The notes under the pieces were generated by a model. The model saw nothing but the letters and a program-made list of their open reading frames with translations, made no database searches and was not told the origin of the DNA. From assembly GCA_038260095.1 (NCBI GenBank), contig JBBSOC010000001.1, forward strand, positions 952 to 64,951: DNA of 64,000 nucleotides. The letters run 5' to 3'. Source of the stretch: Mycobacteriales bacterium. Its GTDB lineage: Bacteria; Actinomycetota; Actinomycetes; Mycobacteriales; QHCE01. The position numbers were made by a program, and so were the translations under genes. This document shows positions 1 through 9,066 of the stretch, in pieces; within the stretch, counting starts at the first letter, position 1, and the number at the start of each line of letters is the position of its first letter.

Positions 1-1
1 G

Positions 2-496
2 GCATGGGGGCATGAGCTGCACGCCACTCCTGGCAGCAACGTGCTCGATATCCAAGTGAGGCCGGCGAGCAAAGGCAGGCCCATCATCTATCTGAAGCAG
101 AAATTTCCTGGCCAACCCATTACCTACATCGGCGACGACATCACCGATATCGCGGCAATGCGCCAACTGACCGAAGGCGACACGGCTATCATCATCGGCA
201 ATAGGATCACTGAGGAACTGGACAGGCAAGGCCTCGCCCTAGGCGTGAACGTGCTGCGGTTAGCCGATCCCGGGGAGCTTGCCGCCTTCCTCGGCGACGC
301 GGCCGCAGCGCATACACTCTCAACTCAAGGCCAGCAGCGAAGAGTTTCCGACGCTGCTACTCGGGTGCCCCTCCGGCTTGGGGACCCTAGGACACCTAGA
401 CACGCCGTGGGTAGCGCGCCAGCTACTGGCGGTGTTTTCAGGGCGAGTGTCCTTACTGAATCGTTTCAAGTGACGCAAATATCAGCCAACCACTGA
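2..496 (+). CDS. otsB: Trehalose-6-phosphate phosphatase, C-terminal part (5' end outside window)
   Basis: Frame open from nt 2 (..HELHATPGSNVLDIQVRPASKG..); HAD-type motif YIGDDITD; directly upstream of otsA. The last ~60 aa are low complexity, so the stop is less certain. Confidence 0.55.
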   Translation, partial: AWGHELHATPGSNVLDIQVRPASKGRPIIYLKQKFPGQPITYIGDDITDIAAMRQLTEGDTAIIIGNRITEELDRQGLALGVNVLRLADPGELAAFLGDAAAAHTLSTQGQQRRVSDAATRVPLRLGDPRTPRHAVGSAPATGGVFRASVLTESFQVTQISANH

Positions 497-559
497 AAAC
501 CAACCAGGCTTACTGGGACAATTGAGCCTTAGTAACTGCATCTACCGAAAAGGGCACAC

Positions 560-2110
560 ATGGCTCAAGATCTCACCATAGCCTCCTATCGGCTCCCGGT
601 GAGCCTCGACAGGGCTACCGGTGAGCTCCTGCCCAGTATGGGCGGGCTCGCTACCGCCTTGGCGAGCGTGAAACCGCCAGCTTCGCATTGGGTGGGTGCA
701 CTAGACGGCGATGGTGCCGGCCTACACGAGGGCCAGACCAACTACCACCCACTTGGAATGTCCGATGAGGAAAAAGCTGGGCATTACGCCGGTTTCAGCA
801 ACGGGGTAATGTGGCCGGTGTACCACGGGCTGCCCGAATTCGTTCCAGGCCCAGAGGACACCGGATTCTGGACGAGCGCAGCGGACGAGTGGTACAAGCA
901 ATACCGCGAGGTGAACCAACGTTATGCCGCCGAATTGGTGCGGCATGCATCGCCGAATTCATTGGAGTGGGTACACGACTATCAGCTACAACTCGTTCCC
1001 GCGATGCTGCGGACGCAGCGCCCCGACCTCACGATCGGATTCTTCCTGCACATCCCCTTCCCTAGCTACGAGCATTATGCCCGGATCCCACACCACGAGG
1101 AGCTACTTACCGGCCTACTCACCAACGACGTTCTGGGATTTCAAACCACACGCGAAGTTGACAATTTCACCACAATATTAACGCAAGTTCTCGGCCGCGG
1201 CACTCCACTATTGGTGAACAACCAGGCAGTTCGCCTACAGGATGGCGCTATCTACATCGGCGACCGCCAACTGCGCGTGGACGCCTATCCCATTTCCATC
1301 GACTTCGCCAAGTACGACGCTTTAGGCCGTAACGACGAGGTTCGCGCCGAGGCTCAGCGAATACGTGACACACTCGGGAATCGAAAGATCGTCGCCGGCA
1401 TCGAGCGGCTCGATTACACCAAGGGCATTTCCGAACGCCTGGACGCGCTCGAGCTCCTGCTAAAGGAAGGCCAGTTCAATCCACGAGAGCATGTTATGTA
1501 CTTGTCTTTCGCCAACTTCCGAAAAGGAGTCGAGGCGACACAACAATACGCCAAACAGCTCGCCGAGCGGATAGCGAAGATCAACAAAGCCTCCACAGTG
1601 GTTGACCCGGAAACCGGGGAGCGCTGGCAACCGATTCACGATCATTGGGAGGATACGCCGCCAGAGCTTGTACCCGCGGTATATCTAGCAGCTGATGTGA
1701 TGACAATTACGCCGCTGCGAGACGGCATGAACCTCATGGCAAAAGAATTCGTAGCGGCTCGGAGTGACGAAGGTGGGGCGCTTGTGCTTGGCAAAGGGGC
1801 TGGAGCAGCGTTAGAACTCGAGCTCGATGGCAACGGAGCGTTGATCGTGGACCCCCGCACCTCTCACGAGCTTGCCAATGCCATAAAGCGCGGCCTGGCG
1901 ATGCCGAGGGAGGAGCAGGGAAACCGCATGCGCCGTATGCGCAGCTGGGTGCAGGACCACCAAGTCGATGCCTGGAGCGCGAGTTTCGTCCATGACCTGC
2001 GCCAAGCCCAGGCACAACGAGCGACCCAATCGTCTACCGGCGGTCTCAGAGTAAGCAGCCGACCACCGACGGCGCCACTGCGAACCACTGGTAGACCCCT
2101 AGACCCCTAG
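560..2110 (+). CDS. otsA: Alpha,alpha-trehalose-phosphate synthase (GT20)
   Basis: 516-aa ORF with GT20 hallmarks (SYRLPV.., [43 protein letters not shown]). Confidence 0.85.
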   Translation: MAQDLTIASYRLPVSLDRATGELLPSMGGLATALASVKPPASHWVGALDGDGAGLHEGQTNYHPLGMSDEEKAGHYAGFSNGVMWPVYHGLPEFVPGPEDTGFWTSAADEWYKQYREVNQRYAAELVRHASPNSLEWVHDYQLQLVPAMLRTQRPDLTIGFFLHIPFPSYEHYARIPHHEELLTGLLTNDVLGFQTTREVDNFTTILTQVLGRGTPLLVNNQAVRLQDGAIYIGDRQLRVDAYPISIDFAKYDALGRNDEVRAEAQRIRDTLGNRKIVAGIERLDYTKGISERLDALELLLKEGQFNPREHVMYLSFANFRKGVEATQQYAKQLAERIAKINKASTVVDPETGERWQPIHDHWEDTPPELVPAVYLAADVMTITPLRDGMNLMAKEFVAARSDEGGALVLGKGAGAALELELDGNGALIVDPRTSHELANAIKRGLAMPREEQGNRMRRMRSWVQDHQVDAWSASFVHDLRQAQAQRATQSSTGGLRVSSRPPTAPLRTTGRPLDP

Positions 2111-2131
2111 ACCCCTAGACCCCTAGACCCC
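2092..2131 (+). repeat. Perfect tandem octamer (TAGACCCC)x5 at the otsA stop
   Basis: Five exact head-to-tail copies. The TAGs fall in all three forward frames, and the third copy supplies the otsA stop (2108-2110). Confidence 0.95.
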
Positions 2132-2174
2132 GGGAGACTTCCAGGCCCCAAGAGACGGAAAGGCTAAGTCCGCG

Positions 2175-3389
2175 CTACACGCCGCGGCTACCCCGGCCGT
2201 TGGCAGCGGCGCTACCTGCTAAGTGCGCTGTCTGCGACCCGCTGAGCTCTTCAGGAATCGCCGGCTCCGCTAGCTCGCTGGGAAACTTCAGCGGGGCTAG
2301 CAGCGGCGGGGCTTGCTCAGCATCTTTGGCTGCTTGATCGCCACGCGGCGAAGGGGAAGCCGCTTCGGCCTCAAGCGGATCCGCGGACGTTTCACCTGTC
2401 ATCTCGGCGTCGCCGACGCCTAACTGCTTGCGCCGCAGGTGCGAAATGGAACGCGACTGCCGCCCAGGTGTGGGAGTTGCCCGGATAGCTGGCCGAACAA
2501 AGCGACTTTGCTGCTGTCGAGCGGACGTTCCAGAGAACAGTTCGTCGGCCACCGCATGGTTCATTGCCCCAACGCTGATGTTCCGACCTTCCGGCCAGGA
2601 CTGATCTTCATCAGAAGCGTCGCGGCTCGGACTAGCCAAAGGTGGTGTAGACGTGTGATTGGCTTCTGGTTTGGAGCTGCGGGGTGACGGCTTAGGGGCC
2701 AACCGACTGCCATGAAAACCGCTACTAGCCGACTCGACGCTCGGAGCGTCTATTGCGCTTGCCGCTGCGGTTTCCCGGCGCAACGGAACGGACACACCGA
2801 AAGGCGCAGCAGTCTGACCCGCGGAGGAAGCACCTAGTTCCAGCAGCTGACAACCTTGATCATCGGTATACATCGCCGCGCGAAGCACCGAGACTGGCGC
2901 ACCGGTGTCGGTGAGGAAACCCAGAGCGGCCTCGGCTGAGCTAGTCATCGCAGTTGCCACAATCATTAACTGCGGGGTGCGAGAGCCCGATTCTGGCGCG
3001 ATCGGCGAAGTGGTTCCGCTGAACTCCTGCCAGTCATGCCAAAAATCGTCGTTTTCCCGCCAGTAACAGCTGGCGAGTTCGCTGACGGTTACGCCGCGCG
3101 CCCAACCAACCTGCTCCAAGCAGAATGCCAAACCAGCGGAATCGACCGTGGCCCCGGCGTACAGCACCACTATTTCACCCTGCTCGTCTAACGCGACGAT
3201 GGCCGGTGCATCCTCGTCGCCATCAGCACTGCCCCGAACAACTGGCAGCAGCCGCCGGCCCACAACAGCAGACAGGTCTGACCACAACGCCTCCATGAGA
3301 GCCTCGGTAGCCTCCACGTGAGGCACTGACTCACCAGTGACGCGTCGAAACGGGATCAAACCTTGTGCGGAGACACGAAACAACGACAT
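2175..3389 (-). CDS. Hypothetical protein: ordered N-terminal ~190 aa plus long Pro/Ser/Ala-rich tail
   Basis: 404-aa ORF with coding-like third-position GC. The N-terminal segment (AIVALDEQGEIVVLYAG..LEQVGWARG) faintly resembles a degenerate PD-(D/E)xK/NucS-like core. No family recognised. Confidence 0.5.
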   Translation of the reverse strand: MSLFRVSAQGLIPFRRVTGESVPHVEATEALMEALWSDLSAVVGRRLLPVVRGSADGDEDAPAIVALDEQGEIVVLYAGATVDSAGLAFCLEQVGWARGVTVSELASCYWRENDDFWHDWQEFSGTTSPIAPESGSRTPQLMIVATAMTSSAEAALGFLTDTGAPVSVLRAAMYTDDQGCQLLELGASSAGQTAAPFGVSVPLRRETAAASAIDAPSVESASSGFHGSRLAPKPSPRSSKPEANHTSTPPLASPSRDASDEDQSWPEGRNISVGAMNHAVADELFSGTSARQQQSRFVRPAIRATPTPGRQSRSISHLRRKQLGVGDAEMTGETSADPLEAEAASPSPRGDQAAKDAEQAPPLLAPLKFPSELAEPAIPEELSGSQTAHLAGSAAANGRGSRGV

Positions 3390-3806
3390 GAGCTTCCTCG
3401 GTTGGTGCTGAACAAATCATTCCGAAAGCAGCTAGCCTGCAGTAAAAACGTTGCACTAGCCTGGCTACCTTCGTTGGAAATTAGTAATGCCACCTGGCGC
3501 GAGCACCACGTGTTTACGCAACGTTTTCTTTCCGGCGGAGAGAACCAGAACTCAGCAGCCCAGGGGCAAGGCTGCTTTGGGGCCTTGAGCAAGCATCCCT
3601 GTGGGTGAAGCCAGAGTCAAAGCACCGACAGCTTGGGCGCGAGAGGTTCGAATTGACCGAGAAGAACGAACAAACATGGTGCACGACAGTAACCACGTTG
3701 TCGCACTCAATGCCACCCCGCTTCCCGCGCGTCTGACAGATTCTTAACAGACTTATACAACAAACATAGAGCCCTCAGCTACGCTTTGGGTTGCCGTATA
3801 GCTCAT

Positions 3807-3939
3807 GCCGGTTCTGCAGCACCAAACTATGTCCATGTTGCCGGCTTCACCACCCTGTGGTTCAGTACGCTATAGATAGCACGTCACTAGCCCTCGTAGC
3901 TCAGTGGATAGAGCACCAGACTTCTAATCTGATGGTCGC
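3807..3939 (+). repeat. Direct repeat copy 1 (tRNA-Arg upstream region plus first 50 nt of the tRNA)
   Basis: About 90% identical by eye to 13842-13976; identity stops inside the tRNA after ..GATGGTCGC. Confidence 0.85.
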
Positions 3940-3962
3940 TGGTTCGAATCCAGCCGAGGGCA
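3890..3962 (+). tRNA. tRNA-Arg (anticodon TCT)
   Basis: 73 nt. Acceptor GCCCTCG/CGAGGGC, T-arm GCTGG-TTCGAAT-CCAGC, anticodon loop CTTCTAA. CCA not encoded. Confidence 0.9.
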
Positions 3963-3998
3963 CTGATCAACCATGCCATAAAGTTGGCGCTCCAACAG

Positions 3999-4072
3999 GC
4001 CGCGCAGAATAGGCAGTATGGACGGTAACGCTCACATGTGCGGCTTTGACCGTGTCTCCGCGAACGAGAGGA
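3999..4072 (+). repeat. ~72-bp repeat, copy 1 (partner at 9560-9632)
   Basis: GCAGAATRGGCAGTATGGACGGTAACGCTCACA..TTGACCGTGTCTCCGCG shared with 9560-9632 in the same orientation. Confidence 0.8.
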
Positions 4073-4303
4073 CCTTCATTGATCGCACGCGAGTGGTCCA
4101 GTTCAGCCGGTAAGTTGGATCGATCGCTACAGAGCAGCGTTTGCCATCCGCCAGTGACGGCTCTCGATCCCACCTTACTGATCGCCATCACGCAGCGCAT
4201 CTCGAAACGCCCTGACGACGTCCCATGGCAACCGAACGTCTCCCAGGAAAATCGACGCGGTGGCGTTCCGGCCTGGCCACACCAGCCGGTCGGTCAGCAC
4301 TGA

Positions 4304-5022
4304 GGTCTACCACTGGAGGCCGATCCTGTCTTGTTGGCGGAGGTCAACGCGGGTTTCACGGTGTCGGTTGTTCGGCAGTTCGGGCAAGCGGTTGAGCAGA
4401 CTCACCGCGACGCCACCGAGACGGTCGGCAAGATGACTCAGGCGTATCAGGGCGCGGCGACCCAGCAGATGCAGTCGGGTTGGGCTCAACTGTCCTCCCA
4501 ACACGTCGACGAGATCGTCGCAGGCTGCACTGTTCTTTCCGGGGCGTTGGAGGTCGGGCGGTCTGGATCGTCGCCCACAAGGTCGAGGCGTTGGTCATCC
4601 TGGTCGAGATGGCAGTGGAATTCCTGGAAGCCCAGGCGGCCGCGGTGGAAACCCTCGGGGCCTCCGAGTTCTGACATGGCTGGAGAACTACGGGCCATCT
4701 TCACCGCTCTAAAAAAGGACGCCGAGAACGCGCTGCGTAGTATTGGTCAGCACTTCGGCAAGTTTTGGTCACGACACCGCCAACAAGGCCGAAGAGGCGC
4801 TCAAAGCGACAAAAAGCCACCGAGCACGATCTCAAAAGCAAGTGGGACGGGATCAAGACCAAGCAGGGTCTCGATGGGATAAAACCAGCTCAAGTTACCC
4901 GCAAGCCGCCCCCGGTCGATACGGTTGCTGGCCGTCGACCCATCAACTCCGCTGGTGCCGTAAAGCACACCGGAGGTGCTGCAATCATTCGCAGTCGTGC
5001 CGCCAAGCACAATTTAGATTGA
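4304..5022 (+). pseudogene. Decayed helical toxin-type gene(s) upstream of a SUKH-1 immunity gene
   Basis: Plausible coding sequence jumps between all three forward frames (4304-~4555, ~4555-4674, 4676-~4766, ~4745-4815, ~4800-5022). No single intact ORF; family not recognised. Confidence 0.35.
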
Positions 5023-5034
5023 GGAACAAATACC

Positions 5035-5559
5035 GTGATTCAATTCATCACATCTGGCCCTCCTGCTACCGCCGAACAAATTTCTCAGGTGCAGCAGACA
5101 CTTGGTCGTGACCTTCCCGGCCCCTATGTGGAATTCCTGCGCACTCAAAACGGTGGTCGCCCAGAGCCAAACATGTGCGATCTCCCCGAGGCTCGTTATT
5201 GGAGTGTTGGTGTCAGCGAGTTCTTCGGCATAGATCGGTCGCCAGATCTCCTTCAGCAGCGTCGTTCCTGCGAGGATAGGGTTCCCGAAGATCTGCTCGC
5301 GGTTGCTGATGCCGAAGGCGGCAACCTGATCTGCCTGGCGCTTGCGGGGGACCACCGCGGCGCAGTCTTGTTCTGGGATCACGAAGAAGAATCAGAGGAT
5401 GACGAACCTCCGGGATACGGAAATGTGCATCGAGTCGCCTCTGACTTCGATGCCTTCACCATCGCCCTCCATCCGGTGGCAGACCAGCCGTTACCAAGCC
5501 AGGTGCAGGAAGCATGGATCGATCCCGATTTTCTTACTGAGATCCGCAAAGATAGGTAA
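5035..5559 (+). CDS. SMI1/KNR4 (SUKH-1) family immunity-type protein
   Basis: 174 aa. N-terminal ..ISQVQQTLGRDLPGPYVEFLRTQNGG.. matches the SMI1/KNR4 signature. GTG start 13 nt after the decayed upstream ORF. Confidence 0.7.
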   Translation: MIQFITSGPPATAEQISQVQQTLGRDLPGPYVEFLRTQNGGRPEPNMCDLPEARYWSVGVSEFFGIDRSPDLLQQRRSCEDRVPEDLLAVADAEGGNLICLALAGDHRGAVLFWDHEEESEDDEPPGYGNVHRVASDFDAFTIALHPVADQPLPSQVQEAWIDPDFLTEIRKDR

Positions 5560-6113
5560 TCTCTCGACCGAGCGGGTCATTAAACCATCAGCACCATAAG
5601 CATTTACACCCCGACCCGTCTCGTTATAGGCCTAAAAATAGGAACGTTGTTCCGGTCCAGCCAGCCCGTGAGCCGCGCTTTTTGAATCATAGTCGAAGAA
5701 GAGTTGATTACGTCAGCAGAGTTCCCGTCCGAGTCATAAGCATATCGGATAAGCGTGACTCCTTGCGCGTTCTTCTCCATGGAGATGGAGAGCAGTGATT
5801 CGATCGCCGTTGGTCTCTACGCTGATTCAGTGCCTCACCTGAAATGCCGGACCATCGGTCAGAACTCCCATCCTGGTCGCAGTCAAGATCGATACGGTGT
5901 TTGGCTCGGCCGCCGATCACTTGCAATGGCAACCCTGCAGATGTGTTGACTGATGAAAAATGGAAGGTAAGACCGGGCTCGTGATCAGTGATAGCTCCTG
6001 TTCTTGGAATGTGTCTCCCGTTTACTTAAGGGCAGCTGCGCTAGCGCGCGCTCTGCATCCTCGCTACGGTTGCTCTTCTCCTTCATCACGTTAACGTTGG
6101 CGTTTAAGCGATA

Positions 6114-6591
6114 TTATTCACCATTGCGGTTAATTGCCGAATTGAGTGGAGAATCTGACAGGTTCTCGTTAGGAAAGGTTTCAGTAAAGAAAACTAGAGC
6201 ATCTTCGACCTTCAGGCCCTCGACATCGGGGGCTTGGTCGGGACCCAATGCCACGTAGCTTAAATTGAACATGAAAATCAAACTCATTGTTGCAGTTGCC
6301 TGACCAGGGGAAACGGACCGATTGTCGAGCGATCATGCGGCTTCGCTGAACAACGGACGACGACGAGAAAGCCCAGTTCAGAAGGTTGATCAAAAATAAG
6401 CTACGTGGCATTGGGTCGGGACCGAAGTGTTTGGTTACCACGTCATACATGACGTCTTCAACTTGTTCCACTTCCGCGTAGCTGGGTGATTCTTTGCTAA
6501 GTAAGCTAGCAAGCAGCTCAGGAGCCCTTTCTTGAAGGATACGATACACGACGTCACGATGAGGCTGCGCCACTTTTTCCAAGATGTTCAT
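6114..6591 (-). pseudogene. Immunity-type small gene interrupted by a 168-bp MITE-like insertion
   Basis: MNILEKV..VVTKHFGPD runs into the insertion. Removing 6246-6423 (element plus one 10-bp duplication) rejoins in frame to ..QAPDVEGLKVEDALVFFTETFPNE..NGE*, a 99-aa ORF. Confidence 0.6.
6246..6413. mobile_element. MITE-like non-autonomous element (168 bp, 16-bp perfect TIRs, 10-bp flanking direct repeat)
   Basis: TIRs CAATGCCACGTAGCTT (6246-6261) and AAGCTACGTGGCATTG (6398-6413). Flanking GGTCGGGACC at 6236-6245 and 6414-6423. No ORF inside. Confidence 0.65.
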
Positions 6592-6764
6592 TTGGGAAAT
6601 CTCCTTCCAGCACTCGATCTCGCCCATGCGGAAATAATCTTGCCGTCTTTGTTGAGGACGACGACAGCGTCTTTGCCCGTATAACGATACCCACCACCGT
6701 AATTATCGGGCTTATACTGGGACGGCTTGATCGGGTTGTTCACGGCATCCTCAGACCACAACAG
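6588..6764 (-). pseudogene. 5'-truncated toxin C-terminal tip (..GGGYRYTGKDAVVVLNKDGKIISAW..)
   Basis: Frame opens right after an upstream TAG and has no start codon. Its TGA overlaps the ATG of the downstream immunity-type gene (ATGA at 6588-6591). Confidence 0.4.
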
Positions 6765-7129
6765 CTAACCAGGCGACCTGCTCTTCTTGAAGAGAAGCTC
6801 ATCGCCGACTACCCGAACGGCCGACAACTACCGATCACTTAGTCCTTGCAGGCAGCAACCAGCGCGCGCCAGGCCAGTCGCCTCAACCGAATACCGGCCT
6901 GGTCGCGCGTTCAGATCGAAGTCAGCCGTCGCCGTTGCGCTGCTTCTGGGCCTCGGAGAAGTCGGCGTTGTAGCCGTCCCGGTAGCATCCTGCCTGACAT
7001 TCCCTAGGCCTTGGACACTATCGGTTCCAGCGGGAGTCGCACCTAATTCTCGGTTGCCCGCGTCGGAGCCAGGAACCCGTCGCCTTCCACACGGCTCAGC
7101 TACGAGCCGCGACCACACTTCCGTCTACC

Positions 7130-7537
7130 GTGGTGGAAGTTCGCCTCTTCGGGTTCAGCGAGGTCAATCTCTATCGCGCCCCCAGGGCCGGACTCGGCGG
7201 CAAGGAGCTCCTACACGGGTTCGATCCTAAAGACTATCCTGGACGTTTTGACGCACCCCAGCCTAACCCTGACGGTTCCGTCTACTTCAGACTTAATGAT
7301 GAATCCATTGCGGCGAAATATAGGGGGAGAGCAGGGTACGAGAATCGTATCCTCCGTGTCACCTTGCCTCGCGAGATCTTCGAAACCCACTTCGCCGGCA
7401 ATCGTAACTTCGGTTATTCTCTGGTAAGCATTATCGATGCGGGGCCTCAACAGCAGCTACAGGTGCCCAAGGAGTTGTTCAACATCCTGAACAGGTATGG
7501 AAAGAGATCCTGGTATGACGGCAGATCGCGACGCTGA
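7130..7537 (+). CDS. Toxin-like hypothetical protein (possible RES/ART-like motif GRFD..SVYF..ES)
   Basis: 135-aa ORF with coding-like codon bias. Only a GTG start and no clear SD, so it may be a 5'-truncated tip. Its 3' end overlaps the next ORF. Confidence 0.4.
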   Translation: MVEVRLFGFSEVNLYRAPRAGLGGKELLHGFDPKDYPGRFDAPQPNPDGSVYFRLNDESIAAKYRGRAGYENRILRVTLPREIFETHFAGNRNFGYSLVSIIDAGPQQQLQVPKELFNILNRYGKRSWYDGRSRR

Positions 7538-7787
7538 GCAGGAGGCTCAACGGGCCGGTTTCCGAGCCTTTGTGGACACGCACAAGGTAGGTGATGTCGT
7601 CACAGGAAGCGTGCTGGCTAACCGGCCATATGGTATGTTCGTGGATCTCAGTGGCGGGTGCATCGGATATATTGATGTCCGGCATCTCGCAGATCCCCCG
7701 ATCGAGCCCCCGATTGGAACAGAGGACACGTTCATTGTGGCGAGCTTCGAGGAAGGCAAGCCACGTGTCAATCTTCTTCCTGGTTGA
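7515..7787 (+). CDS. Stand-alone S1/OB-fold RNA-binding domain protein
   Basis: VGDVVTGSVLANRPYGMFVDLSGGCIGYIDVRHL matches the S1-domain consensus. The ATG at 7515 overlaps the preceding ORF by 23 nt. Confidence 0.55.
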   Translation: MTADRDAEQEAQRAGFRAFVDTHKVGDVVTGSVLANRPYGMFVDLSGGCIGYIDVRHLADPPIEPPIGTEDTFIVASFEEGKPRVNLLPG

Positions 7788-7894
7788 TCTTCGAGCGATG
7801 CATCAGCTTGCGGCTCGTACTGTTCAGGCGCCTCGATGTAATCCATCAGGTACTCATGGGTCGCTCACGGCGGGCGGTTGCGGTAGCGGAGTCT

Positions 7895-8374
7895 TTACCC
7901 GTCACCGCCACCCAATGGCCGGTCGCTGTCTTCTTGGAGGACCGACCCGCTCCCGGCCCATCGCGCGGCGGTTCGGATGAGCTCCAAACCGCTCGTTGAT
8001 TCGACCAGGCGTGGATGGATGAGGTGTACCCAATGAGCTTGGCTGGCGATGGACTTCCTCAGTCCGAAAACCGATTGTGCCCCGAGGGAGACCCTTTGGC
8101 GGGGGGCGAGACCGGCTGCCTCGACCAGCAGGTCGAGCTCTGCGGTGAGATACCGCTCCTCGTAGGCTGTCCAAGCGCTGGTGAGAATCTTTCCCTCTCG
8201 TGGTTCGAGGGATACCTCATAACCGAAACCGGTGGTCATATACGAGACGCTGCGGATTATATGGTCCTGGCGGCGTGGCCCGGCGAAGCCAAACTCATCA
8301 ACTAAGAAGCCGAACCGCGACTCCACCTCCGGGTAGAACGACTTCAACACGCTCGACCAGGCCTTCGTTCCCAT
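7895..8374 (-). CDS. Hypothetical protein, immunity candidate by position
   Basis: 159-aa ORF starting 26 nt downstream of the toxin-tip ORF 8401-8748; no family recognised. Confidence 0.5.
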   Translation of the reverse strand: MGTKAWSSVLKSFYPEVESRFGFLVDEFGFAGPRRQDHIIRSVSYMTTGFGYEVSLEPREGKILTSAWTAYEERYLTAELDLLVEAAGLAPRQRVSLGAQSVFGLRKSIASQAHWVHLIHPRLVESTSGLELIRTAARWAGSGSVLQEDSDRPLGGGDG

Positions 8375-8400
8375 GGTCTACCGCTCGAGGCAATTTTCGG

Positions 8401-8748
8401 TCATGGCCTTGTCCGAACGGGTATCCAATGATCTCCAGCTTGTTCCCATGCGTACCCCTTGTCGCGCAAATACTTCAGTTCCCTCTGGTAGGTGTTTCCG
8501 CTTTGATAAAGTGGTGTATCTGGATTCGTTACTAAGCGAATGTCATCACCACGGGCGATTGCATCATCAACATAACGCTTGTTGCGCGTCCAGGTCCAGC
8601 CGCCCACCCCTTTCTTGCCATTGGCCATCGTCCCTTGGATGTTGAGAAAGTCGGCATCAAGCTTCGTGTCGGGGTGATTGCGAATGTAGGCCTTTTCCGG
8701 TGCGGGTGAGGATGGCTTGGAGCTTACCCGCGCTTGACACTCGAACCG
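8401..8748 (-). pseudogene. 5'-truncated toxin C-terminal tip (..GGWTWTRNKRYVDDAIARGDDIRLV..GNTYQRELKYLRDKGY..)
   Basis: Frame is open from the stop at 8749-8751 with no upstream domain. The only ATG (8628) is internal. Confidence 0.4.
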
Positions 8749-8927
8749 TCAATCTCCTCAAACTGTGGGACCTCGGTCACGAGATCTGCTACGCCAAGCA
8801 GTTCGTCGCGAATCTCGTGCCAGACAATGCAGGGAAAACAGCGGCTGACCACGTACTCGATCAGGCCCCACCCAAATGCCAGGTTGCTCGACCCGCAGTT
8901 GGCCGATGGCGGCGTGGCGCCGCACAT
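8724..8927 (-). CDS. Small hypothetical protein (67 aa)
   Basis: High third-position GC from ATG 8927 (MCGATPPSANCGSS..WHEIRDELLGVADLVTEVPQFEEIDGSSVKRG). The upstream part of the listed 101-aa ORF looks non-coding. Confidence 0.4.
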   Translation of the reverse strand: MCGATPPSANCGSSNLAFGWGLIEYVVSRCFPCIVWHEIRDELLGVADLVTEVPQFEEIDGSSVKRG

Positions 8928-9066
8928 CGGATATGGCCCGCGTAGTTCGTGGTATCCGCGTATTCGGCGATGTGGAGTCAGCCTGGTTGGAGGCGTCTTC
9001 GGCCACGTCGTAGGGCGAACTGGGCCCATTTTCAGCTGGAACAGGAACCCTAGGAGGGAGAAATCC

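Noticed and set aside
3963-4303. Search for an integrase gene adjacent to tRNA-Arg, and likewise next to tRNA-Lys at 29020-29400
   Set aside because: No ORF with tyrosine- or serine-recombinase motifs lies near either tRNA. The 77-aa ORF 3967-4200 only shares the 72-bp repeat with 9560-9632.
4304-4674. Assignment of the decayed helical ORF to the WXG100/LXG type VII secretion toxin N-terminal families
   Set aside because: The helical character and the downstream SUKH-1 gene suggested it. No W-x-G or LXG motif is present, and no T7SS genes are in the window.
5604-5780. 58-aa minus-strand ORF with RYAYDSDGN, resembling one YD/Rhs repeat
   Set aside because: There is a single motif occurrence with no flanking repeats. 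It is below the ORF-track cutoff and in low-GC DNA. Too weak to call an Rhs fragment; a frameshift-tolerant search could revisit it.
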